Shown: positions 12,427 through 22,768, counted from the stretch's first letter. The stretch is 36,892 bases of DNA from Octopus bimaculoides (GCF_001194135.2 NC_068994.1:55796076-55832967); one strand, 5' to 3'. The notes: generated from the sequence alone by a model not told the origin. Translations and numbers: made by a program.

Positions 12427-12476
12427 CGGGTATTTAAGCAATGTATTCATGGATGATTGAAGGGCTGAATGTGGTA
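12427..12476 (-). CDS. Candidate short exon (unidentified)
   Basis: Acceptor TTATTGCTCTTTCATCAG, donor CCG|GTAAGT; one open frame xPHSALQSSMNTLLKYP. Confidence 0.25.
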
Positions 12477-12677
12477 CTGATGAAAGAGCAATAAATCTAG
12501 AAATATGGATATACACCCACCACCTATTTTTTCGATCTTCGATCGCATTCTTTACATAGATGTATTCGCATACGAAACATCGTAGCTTTCAGTACTGATT
12601 TAGGACTTCATAGAAATTGTGTAGAAGTAAATATTATGAGTTTTAAAGAGCTGCTTTGCAGTTGTTTAACACTGCAT

Positions 12678-12850
12678 TTTTGGTACAAGCTAGCAAATTT
12701 AGTGGTCGGGCAGGGGAAATCTATAATACTAGTACTTACTTCATCGATCGCGAAAGGAGGAAATGTACTTGAACTCAGACCGTAGAGTCAGAAGAACTGA
12801 CGCGTAGCATTTTGTCCGGTGCGCTAACAATTTCGTCAGCAGGTCCCCTT
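12678..12850 (-). mobile_element. SINE family B, diverged copy
   Basis: ...ATCGATCGCGAAAGGAGGAAA...TTGAACTCAGACCGTAGAG...GCATTTTGTCCGGTGCGCTAACAATTTCGTCAGC is collinear with 10700-10838. Confidence 0.7.
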
Positions 12851-13015
12851 AACTTGTTGCTAACAAAAGAAGAAAGCACATTACGAATGATTAAAAGAGA
12901 GAACGAAAGAAGAGGAAAGAAGCTTGAAGCGATTCCAGAAGATATTGACATAGAAGGGAAATGGGAAAACTTCGATAAAGCATTCAACCAGACAACCAAA
13001 GAAGTACTCAGTGGG
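12851..13015 (+). mobile_element. RTE-like LINE internal fragment (endonuclease-RT linker)
   Basis: NLLLTKEESTLRMIKRENERRGKKLEAIPEDIDIEGKWENFDKAFNQTTKEVL resembles the '...DIE..W..FK......A.EVLG' linker of RTE/CR1-type ORF2 proteins. Confidence 0.6.
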
Positions 13016-13020
13016 TCGTG

Positions 13021-13229
13021 GTATGCTGACACGCGTCTGGGAGGAATTCTCTTATCGCATTGGTGTTGCCCGTGCTGCAGGTGGTGGCTACATTGAGCAT
13101 TTGTAAGACAAAAAATAAAAGTTCAATTGTATGTAAATACTTGTGACTTATGTGGAGTTTTCTTTTGCATTTCCTTATTAAAATATTGCGTAATGAAATC
13201 GGTTCATTCTTTTTTAATAACCTTGCATA
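13021..13229 (+). mobile_element. Tc1/mariner-superfamily transposon 3' end (transposase C-terminus plus right TIR)
   Basis: MLTRVWEEFSYRIGVARAAGGGYIEHL* (13023-13106) is a typical '...G.HIEHL*' terminus. It is followed by AAATCGGTTCATTCTTTTTTAATAACCTTG, a TIR-like end, and TA. Confidence 0.75.
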
Positions 13230-13237
13230 TTAGCCAG

Positions 13238-13329
13238 AAAAATTCGCGATATACTGCGTGCGCGATGGGTAATACGCTATGTACTGAGTGTGTGATAAGT
13301 GAACCACGATATGACGAGAGATTACTGTA
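13238..13329 (+). mobile_element. pogo/Tigger-like transposon terminal fragment
   Basis: GATAAGTGAACCACGATATGACGAGAGATTACTG followed by TA. Its reverse complement CAGTAATCTCTCGTCATATCGTGGTTCAC resembles Tigger-type CAGTAATCCCTCG TIRs. Confidence 0.6.
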
Positions 13330-13439
13330 TATTCTTACTCTCATGTTTATTGGCAAAAAGAATATAGTTCCCATTTCAAATGCATACTACCAAGCATTGT
13401 CCGTTGTTTGCAACAATGCTTGGTAGTAGAGTGTGTAGA

Positions 13440-13828
13440 GTGTGGTCGTCTGAAAAAGAAGATCGGGCTACAGCTGTGCAGGATCTCCTTGACTGTGTCG
13501 AGGAAGACGAAAACTTTTTCAAACCAGTCATAAAAATTGACGAATCGTGGGTTTCTGGTTATGACCCAGAAGCTAGGTTCAGTCTTCGCAGTGGCAGACC
13601 CCTAACAAAGTTTCAAGACGTCGGGGAAATCCAAGAGAATGCGACGGTTTGCTGATCCCTATCCCCTAAAAATAATTTTCAGGAATGCTTCCATCAGTGG
13701 AGACGACGCTGGATAGGTATATGGCTTCAGAAAGGGGACAGTTTCAAAGGTGATTAAAAGCCGAATTACTATGTGTATAGTTTTGTTTTTATAGCACAAG
13801 GTCCGATATTTTTTGATCTGATCTCATA
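13440..13828 (+). mobile_element. Internally deleted mariner transposase pseudogene with right TIR
   Basis: QDLLDCVEEDENFFKPVIKIDESWVSGYDPE (first catalytic D motif) is joined to KFQDVGEIQENAT..*..PKNNFQECFHQWRRRW...KGDSFKGD*; the middle of the DDD domain is missing. TIR-like GTCCGATATTTTTTGATCTGATCTCATA at about 13801-13828. Confidence 0.88.
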
Positions 13829-14554
13829 AAAGAATAAATCGTATTGACTACCCACCGCCAGAAGATCTCTGATCTTTTCAATAATGATACGAACAAATTA
13901 TTTTCATATAAACAATATTTTGATGTGCAATAACTATATAAAGCTTATTCTAAATTTGTAGTGGTATGGTTCTTTAATAAAATATCGATCAGTTCAATAT
14001 TTTTGAAAAATGGTTATCGATCAATAATTTCTGAAGATTCAAAGGAAACACATAAAATAAAACAAAATACTATGATAGAATTAATGGAATCATTAGAACG
14101 TTTCAATCGTTCGTATGAGGACGCCATGCCGTCTGTCATTGTTTATGAAGCTGTTGCCGTGGCTGCCGCGATTGTTCTTGTTGTTGCTGTCGTACAGTGT
14201 ATTCAGTAAAGTTTTATCCAATTCGTACTTCCTTTTGTTAAGGCGTAATGTGAGGGTGATTTGGCTGGTGTTTCTTGAAAATCAAGTAAAATACCCAGGA
14301 TTATCAGCATGACACTGAGTACTGACGTAAGATATACCGGCAATATTCTTGGGTCTGTTAATGGAATCATTATGAAGATAGCCTTACAATCATGTACCAA
14401 CGGGTTTAATCTACTCCACAGGATATTGTAAGAGTGGCTTTGGCATAGTTTCAGGTGGGCCAAAATATTGTTAGAGAAACCATTTTGAACGGAAATTAAA
14501 TGGAAACCCCGCAGATTAAATATACGCGTCTTTGGGTTATCTTTTATCGATCGT

Positions 14555-14730
14555 TTTTTGCTTGTGCCAGTCATTAGACTGCGGCCATGTTGGATCACCA
14601 TCTCGAAGAATTTTTAGCCGAATGAATCGAACGCAGTACGTATTTTTTAAAAGTCTGGTACACGTTGTATCTGTCTGTTTTGCCGAACCGCTATTTTGTG
14701 GGGACGTAAATACACCAGCACCGGTTGTCT
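14555..14730 (-). mobile_element. SINE family A tail
   Basis: CAGTCATTAGACTGCGGCCATGTTGG...TTTGCCGAACCGCTA...GGGGACGTAAATACACCAGCACCGGTTGTC matches 1741-1920. Confidence 0.85.
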
Positions 14731-15218
14731 TTAACTTAATCTGTGATTTACGGATAATGTAGGAATCATGGTTACCTCCCGACTTTCTACAGAATATATG
14801 AGAGAATCTGGTCTTAGGGTTTATCATTTCTCCTGTGGTTTGGTCATGATTTTAAGACATGGGATTATTGGCTGGAAAGTGTGCTGGAGTACGCAAAAAA
14901 CAGCGACTCAGACAAGAAGGAGCGAAATACGAAGGGACACACGTAGTACAAAGGGACACGACGTGATGTGACGCTGTTTGGTAGGGAACCGTCTATTCAG
15001 AGAATCAGGTTTCTTTGTTAACAGAATGAAAGCTATAGCAGCGATGGAAGATCTAAAGCTAACTTTAAAAATATATAATTGGATATAACAAGAGCATTTC
15101 AGTGGCACAAGCACAAACGAATACATATACATACATGCTTGCATACACATATGTGTGTGCGTGTGTTGTGTATGTGTGTGTGTGTATATAATGCGTGCAT
15201 GTACATATATGTATGCAC

Positions 15219-15260
<42 letters not shown>

Positions 15261-16440
15261 NNNNNNNNNNNNNNNNNNNNNNNNNNNNNNNNNNNNNNNN
15301 NNNNNNNNNNNNNNNNNNNNNNNNNNNNNNNNNNNNNNNNNNNNNNNNNNNNNNNNNNNNNNNNNNNNNNNNNNNNNNNNNNNNNNNNNNNNNNNNNNNN
15401 NNNNNNNNNNNNNNNNNNNNNNNNNNNNNNNNNNNNNNNNNNNNNNNNNNNNNNNNNNNNNNNNNNNNNNNNNNNNNNNNNNNNNNNNNNNNNNNNNNNN
15501 NNNNNNNNNNNNNNNNNNNNNNNNNNNNNNNNNNNNNNNNNNNNNNNNNNNNNNNNNNNNNNNNNNNNNNNNNNNNNNNNNNNNNNNNNNNNNNNNNNNN
15601 NNNNNNNNNNNNNNNNNNATATATATATATATATAAATATATATATATATCCTATATAGATTTATGCTTATATTTGTGTATACATGCATATATGTTTCTG
15701 CGTGTGTATTGATTTTTGCTTCTGTTTTGATTGCTAATTATTTCCTGCGGTAAGTTATTACTCATTAGATCTTTGATTACATAACATAGATGAGAAACTA
15801 AATTAGAAGAAAAAAGAAACAAAAAAGAAAGTTTAGTAAGCTCCGCCGTTCTGCTTGACACGACTACCTTAGTTCTCAGGTGCAATTTCCTTAAGTTCAC
15901 TCCGTTACAACCAATCATTCCTTGAGTCATTTTTTGTTTTTTTTTTGTTTTTACTAAGAATTTGCGCAAAAAAGTTACTTGTATGCAACTTTCATCTTTC
16001 TTTTGATATGTCTGCTTCCATGAGTAATGAACTTAAGGTAAAAGAAAAAAAAAGATCGATTTCTGGCTTGAAAACTTGTGTGGATTTTACTTGTATCTGC
16101 TGTTTATTAAACAAGCGTACGAATGCACAGGTGTAACATAGGCCAAATAAGTGTACAGGTGCACAAGCGCAATTTAAGCCAAACTTTTCTCATAAGCATT
16201 GAGAACAAGAACCTGTTCTTTTCTCCAACTTTTACTTCGCGGGGCCACCGACTTGCATACATTTCATTACAGCGTCAGATCCGCCGAATTAATCTGGCAA
16301 ATAAGAAGGCGACCATCTATAAATGGGATAAGGATATCACTTTCCTCTCTAGCTGCAATAATTTTATAAAGGATATCAAATAGAAAGTCTTTTGAGGTAT
16401 TTAATACATTTGGCAGAAATCTGAGTGAACTAGTATGGCA

Positions 16441-16665
16441 TTATTTACATTTGACGGATATTCGTCCTCATCTTGTTTGTTGTTAACACAACGTTTCGGC
16501 TGATATACCCTCCAGCCTTCGTCAGGTGTCTTGGGGAAATTTCGAACCTGGGTTCTCATTCCTATCGATATTATTATTATTATTATTAATCAGGTCGCTG
16601 CCGTGAATCGAACTCGGAACCTTGGGATTAGTAGCCCGCGCTCTTAACCACTACGCCATATGCCC
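16441..16665 (-). mobile_element. tRNA-headed SINE-like element with (AAT)n spacer and hammerhead-containing tail
   Basis: Minus strand: GGGCATATGGCGTAGTGGTTAAGAGC...GAGTTCGATTC (A box 16648-16658, B box 16605-16615), then (AAT)n, then a tail carrying the hammerhead motif. Confidence 0.8.
16485..16530 (-). ncRNA. Minimal type I hammerhead ribozyme motif (Penelope-like)
   Basis: GACAC-CUGACGA-A-GGCUG(GAGGGUAUAU)CAGCC-GAAAC-GUU-GUGUU. Core boxes CUGANGA and GAAA, 5-bp stem II, stem I GACAC/GUGUU, loopless palindromic stem III (ACGU). Confidence 0.7.
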
Positions 16666-17259
16666 GTGGGCAATTATGGGGTGAATTTTAAGGTTTATAA
16701 ATCTATTATTTTTCTATCCTTCCTCAATACCGGTTCCCATATGCTATTCATATCTGCACTCGGTCTGNNNNNNNNNNNNNNNNNNNNNNNNNNNNNNNNN
16801 NNNNNNNNNNNNNNNNNNNNNNNNNNNNNNNNNNNNNNNNNNNNNNNNNNNNNNNNNNNNNNNNNNNNNNNNNNNNNNNNNNNNNNNNNNNNNNNNNNNN
16901 NNNNNNNNNNNNNNNNNNNNNNNNNNNNNNNNNNNNNNNNNNNNNNNNNNNNNNNNNNNNNNNNNNNNNNNNNNNNNNNNNNNNNNNNNNNNNNNNNNNN
17001 NNNNNNNNNNNNNNNNNNNNNNNNNNNNNNNNNNNNNNNNNNNNNNNNNNNNNNNNNNNNNNNNNNNNNNNNNNNNNNNNNNNNNNNNNNNNNNNNNNNN
17101 NNNNNNNNNNNNNNNNNNNNNNNNNNNNNNNNNNNNNNNNNNNNNNNNNNNNNNNNNNNNNNNNNNNNNNNNNNNNNNNNNNNNNNNNNNNNNNNNNNNN
17201 NNNNNNNNNNNNNNNNNNNNNNNNNNNNNNNNNNNNTATATATATATATATATATATAT

Positions 17260-17624
17260 GGTTCTCAGAATCCATCCAGTCATTTACTTGCACAGTGCCG
17301 CCATCTTGGTGATATGCATGTGAAACGAGGTATTGTTTACTCGTATCATCCCGAGACCACGCACTGTTTCTGATTCTGGAGAGACGTACTTAGAAATGTT
17401 TTCCAAGTAAGTCTCTCTTTCTCTCCTTTCTTCTCCAACTTTTTGGTCCAAAGTGTCGTTGTTGCGGCTTCTGATTGGTAGCGGAGGGCTTGGAATTTGC
17501 CTGCCTTAAATATCATGTTGTTTTCCTCAGCCCATTTATATATGGCATCTAGGTCTTTCTGGAAAATATTAGCATCAGAAGGTCCCGTGACTGCTTGTAC
17601 TGCTTTTATACCGTCAGCATAGCT
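17260..17624 (-). mobile_element. CR1/L2-group LINE reverse-transcriptase C-terminal fragment
   Basis: SYADGIKAVQAVTGPSDANIFQKDLDAIYKWAEENNMIFKAGKFQALRY ... PESETVRGLGM...SFHMHITKMAALCK*MTGWILRT. Shows a YADD-like motif and the 'DL..I..WA..N.M.F...K' motif. Confidence 0.88.
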
Positions 17625-17634
17625 AGTTTATTGA

Positions 17635-17840
17635 TTTTAGTCATTAGATCGTGGCCATACTGGAGGACCGCCTTCAAAAATTCTTACACAAATGAGTCAA
17701 TCCCAGTACTTTTTTAAAGTCTAGTTATTATTCCATAGGACTCCTCTGTTTTTTTTTGCCGAACCGCTACGTTATGGGGATGTAAGTTAATCAAAACCGG
17801 TTGTCAAGTGGTTGCAGGGAACAAACAATCACACACACAG

Positions 17841-17872
<32 letters not shown>

Positions 17873-17873
17873 G

Positions 17874-17915
<42 letters not shown>

Positions 17916-18072
17916 TATTACAATTTCCATTATATCAAATCCACTTGCAACGCTTTGGTCGGCCGGACGTTACAGAAAAAGACGCACACATGACCAACGT
18001 GCCACGAGTTGGGACTGAACCGGGAGACATATAGTTAGGAAGCAAGGTTCGAATCCATCGACAAGCGTGCAC
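17635..18072 (-). mobile_element. SINE family A, near full length, diverged, with internal (CA)n
   Basis: Tail at 17635-17825, (CA)n at 17830-17910, and head/body AAATCCACTTGCAACGCTTTGGTCGGCC...GTGCCACGAGTTGGGACTGAACC at 17935-18060. Confidence 0.85.
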
Positions 18073-18761
18073 GATCACACACGTACACCCGCCTAAGCAC
18101 AGCAATGCTATTATAATACACAACATATATATTTTTTTCATTTTAACCAATCTTCAAGCAATTATATTCTACCGTCGTATCTGTGTCTCTGTTCGCGCAC
18201 GAGTTTCTATTATATAAATATACAAGATTATATAATTTTCTCAGCGTCTTTCTATTTATTTTGTGAACTAATTGAACCGATCTGGTGTCTCTAATATGCA
18301 TCTGCGCTGACAACTTGCTAATTAAGATCACGCATCATATAGTCTTCTCTTTTATTTCTTCCGACTTCTTAATTACTAGAATTACGGGTATTTCGAAAGT
18401 CAGTCAGAAACCAACACATGCGCGCTCTCATATAAACACGTGCGCAGACTCGTACATACATACATAGATAAACACATACATACATACATACATACATGCA
18501 TATATCATTGTATACACCCATACAGAGAGACAACAATGACAGTAAGAACGAAACACATACTCGTACACATATATGTATTGGGGGAATGAAAATGAGAGCG
18601 TATGTTTAATATGTATATATGTATGATGTGTGTGTGTCTCTCTCTGTCTCNNNNNNNNNNTATATATATATATCAATATTGATATATGTACTTCTGTGTT
18701 GTTTGCGTATGTGTGTATATATGTGTGCCTATGTGTGTGTTTGTGTTTTTGCATAAACGTG

Positions 18762-18826
<65 letters not shown>

Positions 18827-18936
18827 ATATATATATAATCATAGACACAAATTTACATGCATGTATGAAATTAGTTATCTATATACAAATACATTGATGT
18901 TCATAATAGTCATATACAGACATAGATGCAGGAAAG

Positions 18937-18992
<56 letters not shown>

Positions 18993-19932
18993 ATATGACA
19001 ACAAAAGTATGAATGAGACCTCGATATGATGTAAATAGAGGAATTTATATATATAAATATATATATATATTCATGTATATATATGCATATATATATGTGT
19101 GGGTATATAATATATATATATAAATATATATAAATATACATACATATATATATATATANNNNNNNNNNNNNNNNNNNNNNNNNNNNNNNNNNNNNNNNNN
19201 NNNNNNNNNNNNNNNNNNNNNNNNNNNNNNNNNNNNNNNNNNNNNNNNNNNNNNNNNNNNNNNNNNNNNNNNNNNNNNNNNNNNNNNNNNNNNNNNNNNN
19301 NNNNNNNNNNNNNNNNNNNNNNNNNNNNNNNNNNNNNNNNNNNNNNNNNNNNNNNNNNNNNNNNNNNNNNNNNNNNNNNNNNNNNNNNNNNNNNNNNNNN
19401 NNNNNNNNNNNNNNNNNNNNNNNNNNNNNNNNNNNNNNNNNNNNNNNNNNNNNNNNNNNNNNNNNNNNNNNNNNNNNNNNNNNNNNNNNNNNNNNNNNNN
19501 NNNNNNNNNNNNNNNNNNNNNNNNNNNNNNNNNNNNNNNNNNNNNNNNNNNNNNNNNNNNNNNNNNNNNNNNNNNNNNNNNNNNNNNNNNNNNNNNNNNN
19601 NNNNNNNNNNNNNNNNNNNNNNNNNNNNNNNNNNNNNNNNNNNNNNNNNNNNNNNNNNNNNNNNNNNNNNNNNNNNNNNNNNNNNNNNNNNNNNNNNNNN
19701 NNNNNNNNNNNNNNNNNNNNNNNNNNNNNNNNNNNNNNNNNNNNNNNNNNNNNNNNNNNNNNNNNNNCGCGCAAAAGGCACACACATATACATTAGGTGT
19801 ATCAGTCTCTTACCACTCTGACTTTCATCTCAGAGTAAACAATTTCTTTAAGCAACTTGTTTGAAAATACTTTATGTGCTTCCATTGGTAAAATTCAGAG
19901 TATCCAGGAATTGACTCGACCAAAACAAAATA

Positions 19933-19933
<1 letters not shown>

Positions 19934-19996
<63 letters not shown>

Positions 19997-20415
19997 GCCT
20001 TTGCCCAGCTTCTAATGCTGGAGATGTACTACGGTGTCAGCTGTTCGCTACCAGTGAACTAAGGTAACACCTCTTATTTTTCAAGCACCATCCGGAGTAT
20101 TCAAGCGGTTCCAAGCAGTGCTGTTTTCTGCAAGTGCTCCACCCTTATTGCAGCCCCTATTTGTTCCACGTACTTCTCGAGATTTTTACTCACTGTTCCC
20201 AGGGCTCCGACAATTATTGGTACTACTACCACCTTCTTCGTCAACCACAACTGTCCTTTCTTCCTTATCGCATACCTTGTTGTCAGCTGGGCATGCTATA
20301 TTTATGATCCAGCATAGTTTTTTATGTTTCAATTAAGACTACGTCTGGCTTCCGGTGTACCAGGTGTGCAGTGCGCACCAATCGAATATGGTGAATTCCC
20401 TATAAAAACTAATCT
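19934..20415 (-). mobile_element. 3' end of an R4/Dong-like non-LTR retrotransposon (restriction-like endonuclease) with (TAA)n tail
   Basis: HRKPDVVLIE / KLCWIINIACPADNKVCDKEE / QLWLTKKVVVVPIIVGALGTVSKNLEKYVEQIGAAIRVEHLQKTALLGTA*ILRMVLEK* (stop at 20074-20076). A short 3' UTR follows, then (TAA)n at 19934-19996. Confidence 0.85.
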
Positions 20416-20548
20416 TATTCATTAATTAAATCACAAACCAAAATGGCAAATTTTTCTTATAACCTTGCTGGAAATTAGGTGGCATTGGGTGAGGCAACAC
20501 ACTCAATACAACCACCACCATACACCACCGAATACTATATTTAAATTG

Positions 20549-20620
<72 letters not shown>

Positions 20621-21075
20621 GGATGGATGGATAGATAGATAGATAGATAGATAGTAAAGGAAAGGAAAGCACACGGACAGGTTTCTTTTGTCGAAATAGA
20701 GAACACTATCAATTCCGGAGTGAGTACCTGTCTCACAGACGTTGGCCTCCTTCCCGTTACATTATTCTTCACCAGCCACATTAATTATGATTTATACAGT
20801 CAAAGAGTGCGAAGATCTTGCTTTTCTTACATTTCTTTCCTTTTTTCTTGTTACCTTTCGCATCAATCCTCTTCAAGTATTATCTTCTCCTTTTCTTTTT
20901 TTTACCTCATGCTTTATCATAGCCGAACGACCTGCTTTTTAAATACATCTGACATTATGAACTAAGCCAGAAAGATTGCTTGGATATACATAGCATGTTA
21001 TATAAATCTGCCAATGTTATGTATTTTAAAGCATGAAATTATTAGTAGCTCTTTTGTAATTGTACATATTAAATG

Positions 21076-21115
<40 letters not shown>

Positions 21116-21194
21116 CTATATATATATATATACATATATGTGTGTGTTTATATGCATACAGAAATGGTCTTTTTATCTGCGTATGTATTGTTCA

Positions 21195-21268
<74 letters not shown>

Positions 21269-21875
21269 ATACACTTAAATCCTTATCATCAGCTATCTTT
21301 CAGCGATTCACACGAGTCCTCTAAAAATTTATGGTCATTTGTTTTAATGGGAAAAGTCATATTCTCCAAGAATGTTTATGAAGTATTGGATGAAACCAAA
21401 ATGTCAACTTTCGAACTTAAGAACCGTTTTTCCCAATGGTTTTATGAGAATCTACGCTTCATATTCAAAAGATAGCATAGTTCTTTGATATCCATAAACA
21501 AGCTAGCGTTTAGCTACTTCAAATAATATTTGATCGCAAAATAACCTGTATGCTTCTGTAAGATATATAATAGAATGCTATTATTACTTTGGAACAAAAA
21601 AAGTTTAGCAAAATAACTGGCAAGTTTCCCATCCGCATCATCTTCCTCCCCAATCGTTAGTACCATATCATCAAATTGTTTCATGTGTTTGTTCTTTTAT
21701 TCGGTTCTCTTTAGAAACCAGAAATATGGTTCCCTCTGTCCATCTGAGGAATTACTTTCTTTTTGCATTCTATAACTAAACACTGCTACCATAAAAAGGG
21801 TCAGACGGTTCTTTGATATATTTTGGGGAATGTCATAACAAACTGATAAAAGATGGATTCCAACTCGTACTTATC

Positions 21876-22591
21876 GGTGCAGGATTTGCTGTGTGGTAAG
21901 AAGTTTACTTACCAACCACATGGTTCTGGGTTCAGTCTACTGCGTCTTTTACTATAAGCTTGGGATGACCATAGCTTCGTGAGTGGATTTATTCGACAAA
22001 ANNNNNNNNNNNNNNNNNNNNNNNNNNNNNNNNNNNNNNNNNNNNNNNNNNNNNNNNNNNNNNNNNNNNNNNNNNNNNNNNNNNNNNNNNNNNNNNNNNN
22101 NNNNNNNNNNNNNNNNNNNNNNNNNNNNNNNNNNNNNNNNNNNNNNNNNNNNNNNNNNNNNNNNNNNNNNNNNNNNNNNNNNNNNNNNNNNNNNNNNNNN
22201 NNNNNNNNNNNNNNNNNNNNNNNNNNNNNNNNNNNNNNNNNNNNNNNNNNNNNNNNNNNNNNNNNNNNNNNNNNNNNNNNNNNNNNNNNNNNNNNNNNNN
22301 NNNNNNNNNNNNNNNNNNNNNNNNNNNNNNNNNNNNNNNNNNNNNNNNNNNNNNNNNNNNNNNNNNNNNNNNNNNNNNNNNNNNNNNNNNNNNNNNNNNN
22401 NNNNNNNNNNNNNNNNNNNNNNNNNNNNNNNNNNNNNNNNNNNNNNNNNNNNNNNNNNNNNNNNNATATATATATTGGTGTGCTTTTGTGTCGGTGCTTG
22501 TCTCTCTTCCACCGGTTGACAACCGTTGTTAGTTTGTTTACGTCGAAAATAGCGTAGTGGTTCGGCAAAATAACTTCGATAGAATAAGTAC
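21876..22591 (+). mobile_element. SINE family A spanning an assembly gap
   Basis: Head GGTGCAGGATTTGCTGTGTGGTAAGAAG...GGGTTCAGTC before the gap (22002-22465); partial tail TTGACAACCG...GGTTCGGCAAAATAACTTCGATAGAATAAGTAC after it. Confidence 0.75.
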
Positions 22592-22620
22592 CACACACAC
22601 ACACACACACACACACATAC

Positions 22621-22768
22621 ATTCTTTTATTTTCTACTTCTTTCAGTCGTTAGACTGCGGCCATGCTAGGGCATCGTTTTCAAAACTTTTAGCCGAACGA
22701 TTCGATCCAAGTAGATTTTTTTTTAAGTCTAGCACATACTCTATCGGTCAGTTTTGCTGAACCGCTAG
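22621..22768 (-). mobile_element. SINE family A tail, inverted relative to the preceding copy
   Basis: TTTCAGTCGTTAGACTGCGGCCATGCTAGGGCA...CTCTATCGGTCAGTTTTGCTGAACCGCTA. Confidence 0.85.

Noticed and set aside
12775-13096. 94-aa ORF as a host gene
   Set aside because: It is a chimera of a SINE B end, a LINE linker fragment and an out-of-frame transposase tail.
14203-14601. 132-aa minus-strand ORF
   Set aside because: Starts inside a SINE A tail, has no recognisable motif, and lacks convincing splice sites.
16270-16348. Minus-strand peptide AREESDILIPFIDGRLLICQINSADLT, vaguely like NPRL2 'ILPYIDG'
   Set aside because: Similarity limited to a few residues, weak donor, and no neighbouring matching exons.
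16591-16665. Functional tRNA gene
   Set aside because: A and B boxes and a T-arm are present, but the acceptor stem does not pair and the anticodon stem is broken; it is a SINE head.
19812-19920. Minus-strand open frame QFLDTLNFTNGAHKVFSNKLLKEIVYSEMKVRV ending at GTAAGA
   Set aside because: No plausible acceptor between it and the adjacent (TAA)n tail; length is within chance expectation.
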